Positions 48,570 through 62,140 of a stretch of DNA of 64,000 bases are shown here, piece after piece. The position numbers were made by a program, and so were the translations under genes. The stretch spans positions 10,399,830-10,463,829 of the forward strand of contig NC_057720.1 in NCBI RefSeq assembly GCF_004010195.1, given 5' to 3'. How positions within the stretch are numbered: position 1 is the stretch's first letter; every line of letters begins with the position of its first letter. The notes under the pieces were generated by a model that saw only the letters and a program-made list of their open reading frames with translations, ran no database searches and was not told where the DNA came from. The stretch comes from Chiloscyllium plagiosum (taxonomy: Eukaryota).

Positions 48570-50060
48570 AAGGAATAGATAACATAATTTTGTTAAAAAA
48601 GAAATCACATCTAACCAATTTATTGGAGCTCTTTGTAAAGTGGATGCAAAGTAGACTTTCAGAAACCATTTGATAAAGTGCCACATCAATGGTTACTGCA
48701 GAAAACAAAGGCTTATGGTGTAAGGGGTAACATCTTGGTATTGAATAGGAGGAAGGACAGTACAAATGTGGGTCATTTTCTGATTCAGAGGGCATGGTGT
48801 GCCAGAGGGATCATCACTGGGTCCTCAACACTTTACAATTGAAGTAAATGATTCAGATGAAGGGATCTGAAGTAATGACCTCAGTTCTTGCGAAGGGTTT
48901 CAGCCTGAAGCATTGACATTCCTGCTCCTTGGATGAATCACAACAGGTTAGTTTGCAGATACAGCAAGTAATTAAGAAAGCAAATAATGTTGTCATTTAT
49001 TGTGAGGGGAAATGAATACAAAAGTAGTGATATTATGCTTCAATTATACAGGGTATTAGTGAGACAACATCTGGAGTACTGCATACTGTATTGGTCTCCA
49101 AATTTAAGGAAAGATGTAAAAATGTTGGAGGCTACTCAAAGAAGGTTTACTGGATGAATACTTGGGAGTCCGAGTTCAGGATTCTCTGAGGGTTAACATG
49201 CAGGTTCAGTTGGCAGTTAGGAAGGTGAATGCAATACTAACACTCATTTTGAGAAGGCTGGAATACAAGAGAATGGTGTACTGCTGAGTCTGTACAAGGC
49301 TCTGATCAGACCACATTTGGAATGTTGTGAGCAGTTTTTGGTTCTGTGCCTTCGGAAATATGTACTGTCCTTGGAGAGTGTCCAGTGGAGGTTCACAAGA
49401 ATGATCCTGGGGATGAAAGGCTTGTCGTATGAGGAGCGGTTGAAGACTCTGGGTCTGTACTCGATGGAGTTTAGAAAGATGAGGCACGGCCTGATTGAAA
49501 TTAACGGCATATGAGATGCCTGAATAGTGTGGATGTGGAGAGGTTGTTTCCACTAATAGGAGAGGCTAGGATCCGAAGGCACAGCCTCAGAGTGAAGCAA
49601 CAACCCATTACAACTGAGATGAGGAGAAGTTTCTTCAGTCCGAGAGTGCTGAATCTGTGGAACTTATTGCTGCAGAAGGCTGTGAAGGCCATGTCATTGA
49701 GTGTATTTGACTTAAATACCTATCAGAGATAGGTTCTTGACTGGTAAGGAAATTAAGGGCTATGGGGAGAAGGCAGGAGGCAGGAGAATAATGGGGTTGT
49801 GAAACATACCAGCCATGATCGAATAATGGAGCTAACTTAATGGGCCAAATAGCCTAACTCTAGCCATTTATCTTATGATCTAAAAGGTAGTAGATGCAGA
49901 ATCTCCGAGTACTTTTAAGGCAGAGGTAGACAGATCCTTGACAAGCAATGGGGTGAAAGGTCACTGAGGTAGGTCACAATGTGTAATTGAAGATTAAACC
50001 AGATTATCCATTATCTTAATGAATGGCAGGGCTGGCCCAAACAGCCAACACCTTCTCCTA
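48570..50060 (+). mobile_element. Older CR1 fragment with a second CR1 3' fragment (about 49166-49880) nested inside
   Basis: Two successive HLE(Y/C)C..(F/Y)W regions; the outer element resumes at about 49885. Confidence 0.7.
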
Positions 50061-50307
50061 ATTTTTTTGCCCATCTTTATATTTCTTTGAACTGCGGAAC
50101 TTATGGGGCATAACAGAGGGCACTGATGCTTGGCATCATTAGTATAAAAGCAGTAATCAGTCATATTGCAGTGCTGGGGAAGCGAAAGTTGAAATGAGCC
50201 TGGGGCTTTAGTATAACATTACTGTGCTGTTGGCTGGGTAGCTCAGAAAAACAGTGCAGTAATCATATAACCCACATCTCCCTTTAGGTGGGTGTATGCT
50301 GCATAAC

Positions 50308-50636
50308 AGGGAGAAAGTGAGGACTGCTGGAGATCAGAGTCAAGAGTGTGGTGCTGGAAAAGCACAGCCAGTCAGGCAGCATCCGAGGAGCAGGAGAATC
50401 GATGTTTCGGGCATAAGCCCTTCTTCAGGAATCTTTCAGGGCAGAGGAGGTGCCCTGGGGTTTGCAGTGAGAGAGAGAGAGCGAGAGAGACTCACTGAGA
50501 ACCTTGTAGAGAGAGGAAGACAATTTCTTCAAGGTAGGCATCCTTGGAAGAGGCTTCGCAGTAGGGTTGAAATCAACTCAGAGAAAGTGAGGACGCTGGA
50601 GATCAAAGTCGAGTGCGATACTGGAAAAGTACAGCT
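50308..50636 (-). mobile_element. Penelope-like fragment with two direct pseudo-LTR copies
   Basis: GAGAAAGTGAGGAC...GGAAAAG(C/T)ACAGC occurs at about 50310 and 50581, separated by a unique spacer. Hammerhead-like core at about 50399-50429. Confidence 0.65.
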
Positions 50637-51079
50637 GTAAGACTGATGAAAACCCTCCCATGGAAGCTGTGGTTCTGATCATCTGTTTTCAGCTGGAAGG
50701 GAGGTGGAAAGGAAGCAATGCTTTCAACAAGTCAGGAAGTATTCAGAACAAAACAAATTGGCTCCATTTCACTGCCTAAAATCACAGCACCTAATATCTT
50801 GTCCTTTTGGCATCTTGAAACGTTTGTTGAGTTTAAATGCACAGTGAGATGATTAAACTTCACTAAATTCATAAGATCACCACATTCTGTGCCTTTAGTG
50901 AGGTTGAAATGTGATATGTTGATAATTTGCATTGTGAAGAGTTGCCTGATTGAATATCTGCTTTCAAGGAGAAATTAGTCATTCATCTGTCACTGCTTAT
51001 TATTTCCTTTTTGACATTTTCTGAGCATCCTATGTTGGATATAATCCAGTTAGTAACAGGCAGATAAATGCAGTAAAAT

Positions 51080-51500
51080 AGGGTCTAATAATGTTCCTAT
51101 GAGCAAAGGCTAAAGAGGTTAGGACTGGAGTTTCGAAGAATGTGAAGTGATCCCATTGAAGCATATGGGATTCTTAATAGGCTGAGAGGATGTTTCCTCT
51201 GATGGGAGAGTCTAGGACCAGAGGGCACAGTCTCAGAGTAAAGAGCCAATTTAAGGCTCAAGTGAGGTGGAACTTCTTTTCACAGAGGGTTGTGAGTCTT
51301 TGGAATTCCTTGGCACTGAGAACTGTGGGGGCAGAGATTTTCTGTACATTTGAAGCTGAGAGAGATAGACTCTTGATTTGTCAGAGAATTAATGGTTACA
51401 GGGAAAGGGCAAGAAAGTGGGCATGAGGAATGTCAGATCCTGTTGAATGGTGAAGCAGGCTTGAGGGGCTGAATGACCTACTCCTCTTCCTTAAGGCCTT
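51080..51500 (+). mobile_element. CR1 3' fragment
   Basis: MFPLMGESRTRGHSL...FFSQRVVSLWNSL. Confidence 0.8.
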
Positions 51501-51654
51501 TCCAATATCCACTACAGTTTCAAGACATGATAAATCAACAATGTATTTCATATGATCAGACAAAAATAGATATTAGGGAGGGTTAGTTTGAAGGAGGAGA
51601 GGTGAGGGAATTTAACAAATTACACCCAGATTATGGAACCTAGGTATTGGTGGC

Positions 51655-52170
51655 CTGTCTCCTATCTACAAGGCACAAGTCAGGAGTGTGATGAAATACT
51701 CCACACTTCCATCATGGGTGCAGTTGCAACAACACTCAAGAGGCTTGACACTTTCCAGGACAAAGTGACCCGCTTGATTGGTACAATCACTCCCTCCATC
51801 ACCATCAGTCAGTAGCAATGTCGCCCACATTCCAGATATGCTGCAATATTTCACCAAGGCTCCTTAGACAGCACCTTCCAAACCCATGTGCATTTCCATC
51901 CCAAAGGACAAAGGGAGCAGATACATGGAAACTCCATCACTTGCATGCTCCCTGCCAAGCCAAGCACCATCTTGACTTGGAAATCTCATCGATTTTTCTT
52001 CAGTGAGTTAAAATCTGGGAACTCCCTCCTTAACCTGGGTACTGCCTTCCTTATGAGTGAACCAACATCAAATAGATTGCAGCAGTTCAAGAAGGCAGTT
52101 CATCATCACCTACTCAAGGGCCAACCAAAGACAAGTAATTAATACATTGTCCATGTCTCATGAGTGAATT
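51655..52170 (+). mobile_element. Second non-LTR family 3' fragment
   Basis: Same DNA motifs as 46980-47310 and 48270-48460. Confidence 0.7.
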
Positions 52171-52941
52171 TCTAAAAATCACTGGATGAAGAGAGGGTAA
52201 AATGCACAAGAAGCCATATTCAGAAGGATAGAAAGGTGTAAGGGAAGGATATTTAACAAGGGTTAGTTGGAAGACTGGACGAGCTGACAGAAGCAGTGTG
52301 AGACTGAACCAGACTATTGCAACGTCAGCATTCTACTTGACTTATAACTACTGAAACAAATATAAAAGTGCATAAACATGCTGTACCTACTTTTCAGCTT
52401 CCAAGAGTATTAAACCACTACTCAGAAGGAATAGATCTGCATTTCTGGGTAAGAATTATGAATGTTGCATCAGCTATATTAGAGGAGGTAAAGAAAGTGA
52501 CATACATTCCCTACACATGTTTAAGGACACTTGTGGAAAGCTTTCTCATGCATCCTAATACTGTCACTGAAACAGTACTAAAAACTGGAATTTAAAACTG
52601 GAAAAAGTGTTCTTACTTTGACTTTATATTACTTAAAATTTGCATGGCAATGTGCAACGTAATGTGTCCCATGCAAATTGCAATCACTCCAGTCTACTGT
52701 TTTTAAAACTACTTTAGCCAATCAAAGCTAATCTCAGAGATTACATCAGGGTTACCAATTCTGGTTAGATATGTTTGAGCTCTTTCCTTCAACTGCACCC
52801 TAACCTCTCACCCTACATTCCTATGTTGGCTCCTTAATCTGTTCACCCTGATGAATCACTACCTTCCTACCCCATTTGGAAAACATCTAAACTCTTTACA
52901 TGACAAGATGAATTTGAGCCTTCCCATCTCAAATTTTGTTT

Positions 52942-53137
52942 TAGAATCACAGAATCCCTACAGTGTGGAAGCAGGCCATTTGGCCCATCCTGACCCTCTG
53001 AACAGCATCTCATTCAGACCCACAGCCCTGTACCTTACATTTCCTATTGCTAAACCACCTAGCCTGCACATCTCTGGACACTACGGGTAATTTAGCATGT
53101 CCAATCCATCTAACCTGCCCATCTTTGGACTGCAGGA
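52942..53137 (-). mobile_element. HE1-like SINE 3' half
   Basis: Body and tail similarity only. Confidence 0.7.
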
Positions 53138-54667
53138 ACAAAATGTTCAATTGTTCAGTACTAGGTTTATCACAAAGGATAGCGTTCAAAATCTGCTCCA
53201 AATGATTTACCCATTGTTCACTGAAGATAGACCAGCTACATTCAGTCAGTTGGTGGAGGTTTTGTCAAATCTGATCTGTGGGTATCCTGAAAATGGAGGC
53301 TCTAGTGTTGTCTCTTTCAACTGGGATAAAGATAATAATTACATGGCCTTTCTTGGAATCAACAACACAAAAAAAAATCAAAATATACCTATGATTACAC
53401 AACCACTAAGTCTTATCGGTAAAACATTACCTTTTCTCTGGCAATTTTAGATAGGGATATGAAGTTGAATATTGGGTTCTGAAGGACTAAAATATGCCCC
53501 TTTTGAATATCAAGTTCATGTTTTGTTCTGCTGGAGTATCGACTGTCAGGTTCATTCAGGCATCTCAATACATTCAACTGCCTCAGGATTGAAGGTGCGT
53601 GTTCAGGAATGGCAACTCAGTTTTCTGCACCCCATCCAACTGAAAGAACCAAATAAAATGGCTACCTGTGTGACCACCAAACCTCAGGATCTGAACGTAA
53701 AACCCTTAATCAAAAAACTCCCACGCACGACATGATTTTGAGCTGTTCTTGGGCCAGAAATGGGAGTCAGAGGCAAAAGTTTAAAAAATAACCACACAGA
53801 CTGATGTGCAAGTTTCCTGCCTCCATCCAGGACCAGCCACACGCAACCTGCAGCTCCCCAAGATGGCTCACTAAGAGCTTATTGAGGCTAATTGAAGAGG
53901 GCTGTGCAGCAATTCTGAGCCTGGGAGTGTCCTTTGGCTAATTCTTAACCTAATAGATGTCTCCACATGTGGAGAAAAGAGTTTTGATAGTGTCAGAGTG
54001 AAGGTCAAGCAACCATACATATAGGATCTTATGTGAGTATGGTCTTAAATTCTACAGGAATTTCACATTACAAAACCACTACTGGGAAAGATTTTGTTTG
54101 CCAATGATTCTCCTGCAAACCAACTGCTGATAAAAAATGTATGAACATGTGATTTTTACTGAAGTTGGATGACTAATTTTGGTAGATTCAGCTTTCGCCA
54201 CAATTATCTAAATAGTATTACATCTGTGCAATCGTGAATTTCTTAGGAAATTCAAAGGAAAGTCTGTTTAACACAGAATGACAATTATAGTTAAAATTAA
54301 ATATGAAATTTAACACCTTGTAAAGTTGCAGTCATCACAGCAGGTTATCCTAATAGTGTGGTTGCAAACTTTGGAGAAATAAGAATGTAATTTGATAATA
54401 TTTTAAGCTGCATATTGTTCCACTGACTCGATATTAAAAAAAAGTCTACCGAAAGCAGAGACTCGAGTTGTCCACAATTTCTAACTTCACTTACCAGTCA
54501 TGAAAACAATAAAATTGTATTCCTTTAAGAAATGGCTGAACTACATGTGTAGATGTGCTGCTAACTGACAAATCCTTGTCAGATGAATATTTCATTGTCT
54601 GTTTTCTGTGCTCGAAGTAAAAAGCCATTTTGCCTGTTGTTACATGAGACATATTCCTCATAATTTC

Positions 54668-54697
54668 CTGATGAAGGGCTCTTGTCTGAAACGTCGA
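54668..54697 (+). ncRNA. Minimal hammerhead ribozyme motif in a single pLTR copy (about 54665-54793)
   Basis: CUGAUGA-A-GGGC-UCUU-GUCU-GAAA-C-GUC; stem II relies on G-U pairs. Confidence 0.6.
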
Positions 54698-55047
54698 TTC
54701 TCCTTCTCCTCGGATGCTGCCTGACCTGCTGTGCTTTTCCAGCACCACACTCTCAACTCTAATCTCTAGCATCTGCAGTCCTCACTTTCGCCTATATTCC
54801 TTGTGCCTTTCTGTTTTGTTAGAATTTTGTAAAGATGCCCTTGCTCTGAAGCTGGCAAATAGTGATGCACACTCCAGAATCTCCGATTTCTAATTTGGCA
54901 TATACGAAACTTTACACCCATTCTTTATTATACATGTCAATTTTGCTACTGTCTCAATTTTTCATAAAAGCACATTTACAAGTTTTAGGATTGTTGTCCC
55001 AAGGCAGGTGTAGTTCAGATGAATGATCAGCCTCTGTTTTTGCACAA

Positions 55048-56740
55048 TCATAGAGTCATAGAGTCATAGAGATGTACAGCACGGAAACAACCCCTTCGGT
55101 CCAACTCGTCTGTGCCGACCACATATCCCAACCCAATCTATTCCCACCTGCCAGCACCCGGCCCATATCCCTCCAAACCCTTCCTACTTATATACCCATC
55201 CAGATGCCTTTTAAATGTTGCAATTGTATTCACCTCCACCACTTCCTCTGGCAGCTCATTCCATACACGTACCACCCTCTGAGTGAAACATGTACCACCC
55301 CCTTAGGTCTCACCTTAAACCTATGCCCTCTAGTTCTGGACTCCTCCACACCAGGGGAAAGACTTTGTCTATTTATCCTATCCTTATCCCTCATGATTTT
55401 ATAAACTACTATAAGGTCACCCCTCAGCCTCCAACGCTCCAGGGAAAACAGCCCTAGCCTATTCAACCTCTCCCTATAGCTTAAATCTCCCAACCCTGGC
55501 AACATCCATGTAAATCTTTTCTGAACCCTTTCAAGTTTCACAATATCTTTCCAATATGAAGGAGACCAGAACTGCACACAATGTTCCAACAGTGGCCAAA
55601 CCAATGTCCTGTACAGATGCAACATGACTTCCCAACTCCTGTACTCAATACTCTTGACCAATAAAGAAATTTATACCAAATGCCTTCATCACTATCCTAT
55701 CTACCTGCGACTCCACTTTCAAGGAGCTATGAACCTGCAATCCAAGGTCTCTTTGTTCAGCAACACTCCCGAGGACATTATTATTAAGCGTATAAGCGCT
55801 GCTAAGATTTGCTTTCCCAAAATACAACACTTCACATTTATCTAAATTAAACTCCACCTGCCACTTCTCAGTCCATTGGCCCATCTGATCAGGATCCCGT
55901 TGTAATCTGAGGTCATCTTCTTCGCTGTCCACTACACCTCCAATTTTGTGTCATCAGCAAACTTACTAACTGTACTTCTTATGCTCACATCCAAATCATT
56001 TATATAAATGACAAAAAGTAGAGGACCCAGCACCTATCCTTGTGTCACTCCACTAGTCACAGGCCTCCAGTCTGAAAAACATCCCTCCACCACCACTCTC
56101 TGCCTTCAACCTTTCAGCATGTTCCATATCCAAATGGCAAGTTCTCCCTACATTCCATGAGATCTAACCTTGCTCACCAGTCTCCTATGGGGAACCTTGT
56201 CAAATGCCTTACTGAAGTCCATATAGATCATATTGAATGCTCTGCCCTCATCAATCCTCTTTGTTACTTCTTCAAAAAACTCAGTCAAGTTTGTGTGACA
56301 TGATTTCCCACGCACAAAGCCATGTTGACTATCCCTAATCATTCCTTGCCTTTCCAAATACATCTATATCCTGTCCCTCAGGAATGCCTCCAACAATTTG
56401 CTGACCACTGATGTCAGGCTCACTGGTCTACAGTTCCCTGGCTTGTCCTTACCACTTTTCTTAAACAGTGCACCACGTTAGCCAATGTCCAGTCTTCCGG
56501 CACCTCACCGGTGTCTATCGATGATACAAATATCTCAGTCAGAGGCCCAGCAATCACTTCCATAGCTTCCAACAAAGTTCTAGTGTACACCTGATCAGGT
56601 CCTGTGGATTTATCCACTTTTATGCGTTTCAAGACAGCCAGCACTTCCGCCTCTCTAATAAGGACATTTTTCAAGATGTCACAATCTATTTCCCTATATT
56701 CTACCTCTTCCATGTCCTTTTCCACAGTAAATACTGACGC
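55048..56740 (-). mobile_element. 5'-truncated CR1 (RT domain to tail)
   Basis: Successive RT ORF fragments (SQHGFVRGKSC, DFSKAFDKVPH, LERVQKRFT) and CATAGAGT tail. Confidence 0.92.
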
Positions 56741-57127
56741 ATGGCTTCCCATAATCCCTCAAAACATCATTCAGCTTTGTGTAATATTTGGGCAATTGCA
56801 TTTCCATTTGAAAAGGTTGGGTTTGTCATAAACTACTTCATGATAAATATGAATATTACTGAAAAGACAAACACCTGTTGAAGCTTTTCATCTTGTTATC
56901 ACACAGAGACAGACAGACGAACAAAAGCAACCTTTCTATCTCTGTATTCATAACACGGTGAAATTAAACCATCAAAGGGCCCCAAATAGTCACTCCAATA
57001 GTTGCTGACCAGACTTTGAATATCCTGTCCCAGACTTAGTCAAGAATTCATTTCTAGACACTGGTTTTGTATCTCCAATGAAAGGGGGATGATGGCCTAG
57101 TGGTAGTATTGTTTGAGCGTTAAGCCA

Positions 57128-58355
57128 GTACCTGCCAGAATCCGCTGATGAAGTCCATCTGAGAAATATATGCTGCTTGTCCTGTCTTCTCAATACAGTC
57201 TTCCAAATGTGGAATTGGACATGAATCAGATTTTGTAACTGCATAGACCTTGTGGTAGTTGTTGGGAATCATCTGGTTTTGGCACCACTACTATGGGTGA
57301 GCTCCAGTCACTGCATCTCACTTTGATTATATTGTCATCAAGCATGCACTCAACCTCTTTTTGAGTGCCAAATCTGTGCCAAATTTAGAGGGTTAAGTCT
57401 ATAAGAATGTTGCTTAATTGGAATAACATTTTCTATCTCTACATCATGCATAATTAGATTCATATTTCCCAGCATTTTCCCACATACCCCTCTGTGTGAC
57501 TCTTTCAAGTCATTTCAGTTTCCCTCTGTATGGTAACTCAATAATTTATCCCAATTTTGAAAACCTTCTTGTTTTCCAATTTAATTTGAGGAATGTTCAA
57601 TTTGGAATCATCTAAACTTGGTTCTTCACTTTGTGTTGTAAACAATAACACATTCTCGTTTTGCTTTCCTTCCTTATCAAAATAACTTTTGAGCATATTC
57701 ACATGACACACTCTGTAGGATTTCTTTCTTTCTGGTATTCTTATTAAATAGGTCACCTCACTTAATCTCCTTTCGATTTGATAAGGCCCATTAGACATTG
57801 CTTTTAAAGGTTCACTTACCACTGAGAAATAACACTAACATTTTATCTTCACTAGATTAATCCCAAATGTTTGATTCCTTGTCAGCTTCCTTGCTACTCT
57901 TAAATGTGGTTCAGCCAACTCATCCGCTATGTTTAGTTTTTCCCTAAAAGTTGACGTCATCCAAATATATTATCTCTGACCTCTGACTCTCCAATTTTTT
58001 CTTAATTAATTTCAGTGATCCTCTCACTTCATGCCCAAAAACTAATTCAAGATTCATTTGGTGCATCCCTAATAGCAAAAAAATGTACAAATGGAATTCC
58101 TTTATCTCAATCCTCTGGATAGTCTTGACTATAAGCCCTCAACCTGGTCTTTAAAGTTTGATGCCACCATTCTAATGTTAGCTGTGATTCTGGATGGTAT
58201 GCAGTGGACTTGAATTGTTTTATTCCTAACTATCCATAACTTGCTTGAATAATTTTGATGTAAAATTTGACCCTTGATCTGATTGTATCTCTGTGGATAG
58301 TCCATACCTCGTGAAAAATAATGAGCAACCCCTCTAGAATCCTTTGTGCTGTCAA
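57128..58355 (-). mobile_element. Gmr1-like Ty3/Gypsy LTR retrotransposon pol fragment (integrase followed by RT)
   Basis: On one strand, in order: IQSDQGSNFTS...TAYHPES (IN core), GPYQIE...HVNMLK (GPY/F), then IPIKQHSYRL...WSSPIVVVPKPD...PIPHLEDCIE...MDFISGFWQV (RT N-terminus). Confidence 0.85.
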
Positions 58356-60924
58356 TGCATAAACTCCACCCGGATGTTTGCCCAAAGCTGGAATTGAACC
58401 CAGGTCCCCTGGTGCTGTGAGGTAGCAGTGCTCACCACCAACCCACCATCCTACCATTCGGAGAAGACAAGAGAAGATTTGTGAAAATAGCTTACACTCC
58501 ATGTGATCCAAGAAGGTTCTGCTTTACTCCAATCATGACTGTGAGGCATCAACAGATTATGTGAAACTTAATGCAGTATCCAACATTCACCCTTTCAGAA
58601 CCATTCACTTATACACCGATTGTGTCCCAACAACAGCACATTAGAAGACACCATGACAGTCTTCTATTCTGCACCATGGATAAGTGATGTCAGAGACAGG
58701 GCTGTGAATCTGAAGGTCTCAGTCAAAAATGCGCACACAAGCAATGGAACCCTTGGAATTGGGCAGATGTTGCTCCTCAGAGACTATCTCTTAGCAGTAA
58801 CTAACTCATCGGGTGGAATGTAATGCATTCCCTTGTGACATCTTTGGTGGTGGGAGTGGGGGCATTTAATCCAGTGGGAGAGTGACTGAGACCCACTGCC
58901 CACTTGCCTCCATCTTGAAGTCAATGGCAGGAATGTTGGTGGATGGATGACACACCTGTGGAGCCCCACCATCATTAAAACCCCTTATCTTGGTGATGAG
59001 GGCTTGTTTCGGTGTCTCACGCTGCTGTCATTGGTATTAATCCCAGGATGGAACTCACCACTCAAGCAGTGCGACAAGCAAACACTGTTGGCTTACCTGT
59101 CTTTATTTAACATTGATCACGTAGTACAGAAGGCCATGTCATAGGTAACTTGGATAACAAGGGGATTGCTGTGTAAAGGCACTCAGTACACGATAAGGAG
59201 ACCTGGCCTCAGGAAGAGGGTGGGAGATATTGTCTTGCTCTTGCTGAAAAACTGCTTCACCACCACTGCAGAGGCCTCATTGGATGCAGAGCAGCCTCAA
59301 TGGGCTGAATGGCCACTTTTGCATTTATACCTTACAGTTTTACAGTCTAAATTAAATGCAACTGTAAAGCAATTTGACATAGAAAATGTGTAACCATTTC
59401 CCTATATCTTCTATTGTGATGTTTCACCTTCTACTTTTCCTTTTGAATTATTCCTCTGATTATCATTATTGATTATCATCTATCTGCCCTCCAGTTTAAT
59501 CAGGAAGTACCTCTTTCCCTGAATCTTGTTTCTCTGAGCTTTTTGTCTTGACATGCTCTGTCACATTGCAGTGTCCCAGTCCTACTAGTAGGTGTCACTA
59601 CCACCTCACTATCTAAAAACCCAAAGATCTGCGACTGCTGTAAATCAGAAACAAAACCAGAAATTTCTGGAAAAGCTCAGCGGGTCTGGCAGTATCTGTG
59701 CAGAGAAATCAGAATTAACGTTTCACCCTTCCTCACAACCCTTCCGCAGAACAGAGGACCTGAAATATTAACTCTGATTTCTCTTCACAGATGCTGCCAG
59801 ACCCGCTGAGCTTTTCCAGTAATTTCTGTTATTGTCACCCCGCGATTTACTGCTTCATGAACTGATTCAATCTTGTGGACACTGCGCTGTTCCCATGGTC
59901 TTTTCTGCCTCAAGGAGAGTCGCTGGACTGTGAATCCAGAGCCCCAAGTAATGTTCTGTTTCCAGAGAGTGTAATTTGAATTCAATAAAAACCTGGAATT
60001 AAGAATCTAATGATGACCATGAATCCATTGTTGATAACCAGAAAAACCCATCTGTTTCACTAATGGCCTCCAGGGAAGGAAACTACCATCCTTACCTAGT
60101 CTGACCTACATGTGACTCCAGACCCACAGCAATGTGGTTGACTTTTAACTGTCCTCTGAGCAACTAAGATCAGCGACAAATGTTGGCCCAGCCAGCAATG
60201 GCTTCACCCTGAGGAATCATAGACTCCCTACAGTATAGAAAGAAGAGCAGTCCACCCTATTCCTGTAATTCCCACGGCCAACCTACCTAACATGCACGCC
60301 TTTGGACTGCAGGAGGAAAACAGGGCACCCAACTGCAACCCACGCAGATACAGGGAGAACGTGAAACTCCCCACAGTCAGCCTGGGCTGGTGCCAAACCC
60401 AGGTCCCTGATGCTGTGAGCCAATGCACTATCCTGTGAAAGAATTAATAAAAGAATTACTGCCACAGTTCCCGCATCTTGTGTGACCAGGGGATGTGGTA
60501 CCCACTAAACTGGATGCCAGGAAGTGGAAGCCACCATCACCGCCCTCACCTGGCCTGCCAGGGACCTGGGTTCAATTCCACCCTCAGGCGACTGTCAGAG
60601 CGGAATTTGTATGTTCTCCCTGTATCTGCAAGGGTTTTCTCCCACAAACCACAGATGTGCAGGTTAGGTGAATTGGCCACACTAAACTGCGCATAGTGTT
60701 GAGCGATGTGCATCAGTCAGCGGTAAATGTAGAGTGATAGGGTAGGAGAATGGGTCTGGGTGGGTTAGTTTTTGGAGGGCTGGGGTGGACCTGTTGGGCC
60801 AAATGGCTTGTTGTCACACTGTAGGGATTCCCTGAATCTATGGAAGGAATATTGATGGACTCTTAAAAGAAATGTCACTTGGCAATCACAAAGTCACCAC
60901 AGTGGCTGTCCTAAAAAACTTTAA

Positions 60925-61127
60925 TGTTGAGAGTGTGTTGCTGGAAAAGCACAGCAGGTCAGGCCGCATCCAAGGAGCAGGAAAATGGATGTTTCTGGCC
61001 AGAGCCCTTCATCAGTTTCTGGCCTGACACATTGATTCTCCTGCTCCTCGGATGCTGCATGACCTGCTGTGCTTTTCCAGCAACATGCTCTCAACTCTGA
61101 TCTCCAGCATCTGCAGTCCTCACTATC
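60925..61127. mobile_element. Penelope pLTR-derived fold-back insertion; empty site in the paralogous arm
   Basis: 16-bp TSD TCCTAAAAA(A/T)CTTTAA at 60909-60924 and 61128-61143. A single copy of the target lies at about 39732-39747 (reverse complement). Confidence 0.9.
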
Positions 61128-62140
61128 TCCTAAAAATCTTTAACCCAACCTTGATTTATAACAGAAAGTGGATTGTTAAATGGGTAAAAATGCAAGATGG
61201 TTAGAAGAAAAGCTTGATATATTTCTCTGACCCACCTTAAGCAATCAAAACTAGACCAGACGACCGAAGTGACCTAGCTAATGAAAGACCTTACTGTATT
61301 TAATAATATACCACAGGATAGATGTGCTAGCTGTGAAATTGCTGGGAATAAAGGGACTGTGGTTAACTGGCATCAAAATTGGACAAGAAACAGAACGCAG
61401 ACAAAAAGAGAGAATAATAACCCTGGGTGTTCTCAGTTATGATTGTTATGTTTCACGAGAAATATTAATGACTGGAATGTGGACAGAGAGGAGGCAAATT
61501 TCAAAGTTTGCAAATGTTTTGAAATGTCTTTGAAGTGAGGAGGCTAGTGGCAGAGTTCGGGACAATACAGGTGACTGGAGCAAATGGAGCAGACAGGTGG
61601 GATGGTTGCAGTGCAGAAGTAGGCATTTCAGCCCATCATGTCCATGCCAGCTATCTGCAAAAGCAAATCTGCCTTTAAAGGTGCTGGGAGCTGAATACAT
61701 TCACAGGGAAATTGCTCAGCTCTTCGAGGGAGATAAGCGTAAAACTCTACAAGGATGGAGTTCAGAAAAGATTGGATTACTCTCCAGAGAAATGATCTTG
61801 AGGCACCAAGCCAACTCCATGTGCCATCTTGACTTGATTTCTGGCCTAACATAACTTGGTGTTGTGACCCTTGTTTACCCATTAATCAACTTGCAACCTG
61901 TCTACTCATCACTTTGTCAGAATCACACCGGGGAATATGTTTTTAACAGTTATGGGAACTAATAGGCTTTAAACTGGATGTGAATCTTGTGGCATCACCC
62001 AGACAGTCTCAGTACAGGTACTGAGGGGGTACTGCACTGTCAGTGATGTAATTGTTTAGAAGGTGCATCAATGCAGGGCTCTATCTACGGAAGTAGGATG
62101 CAACAGATCGACATAGAGTAAAGGAATTTTCTCTGATGTT

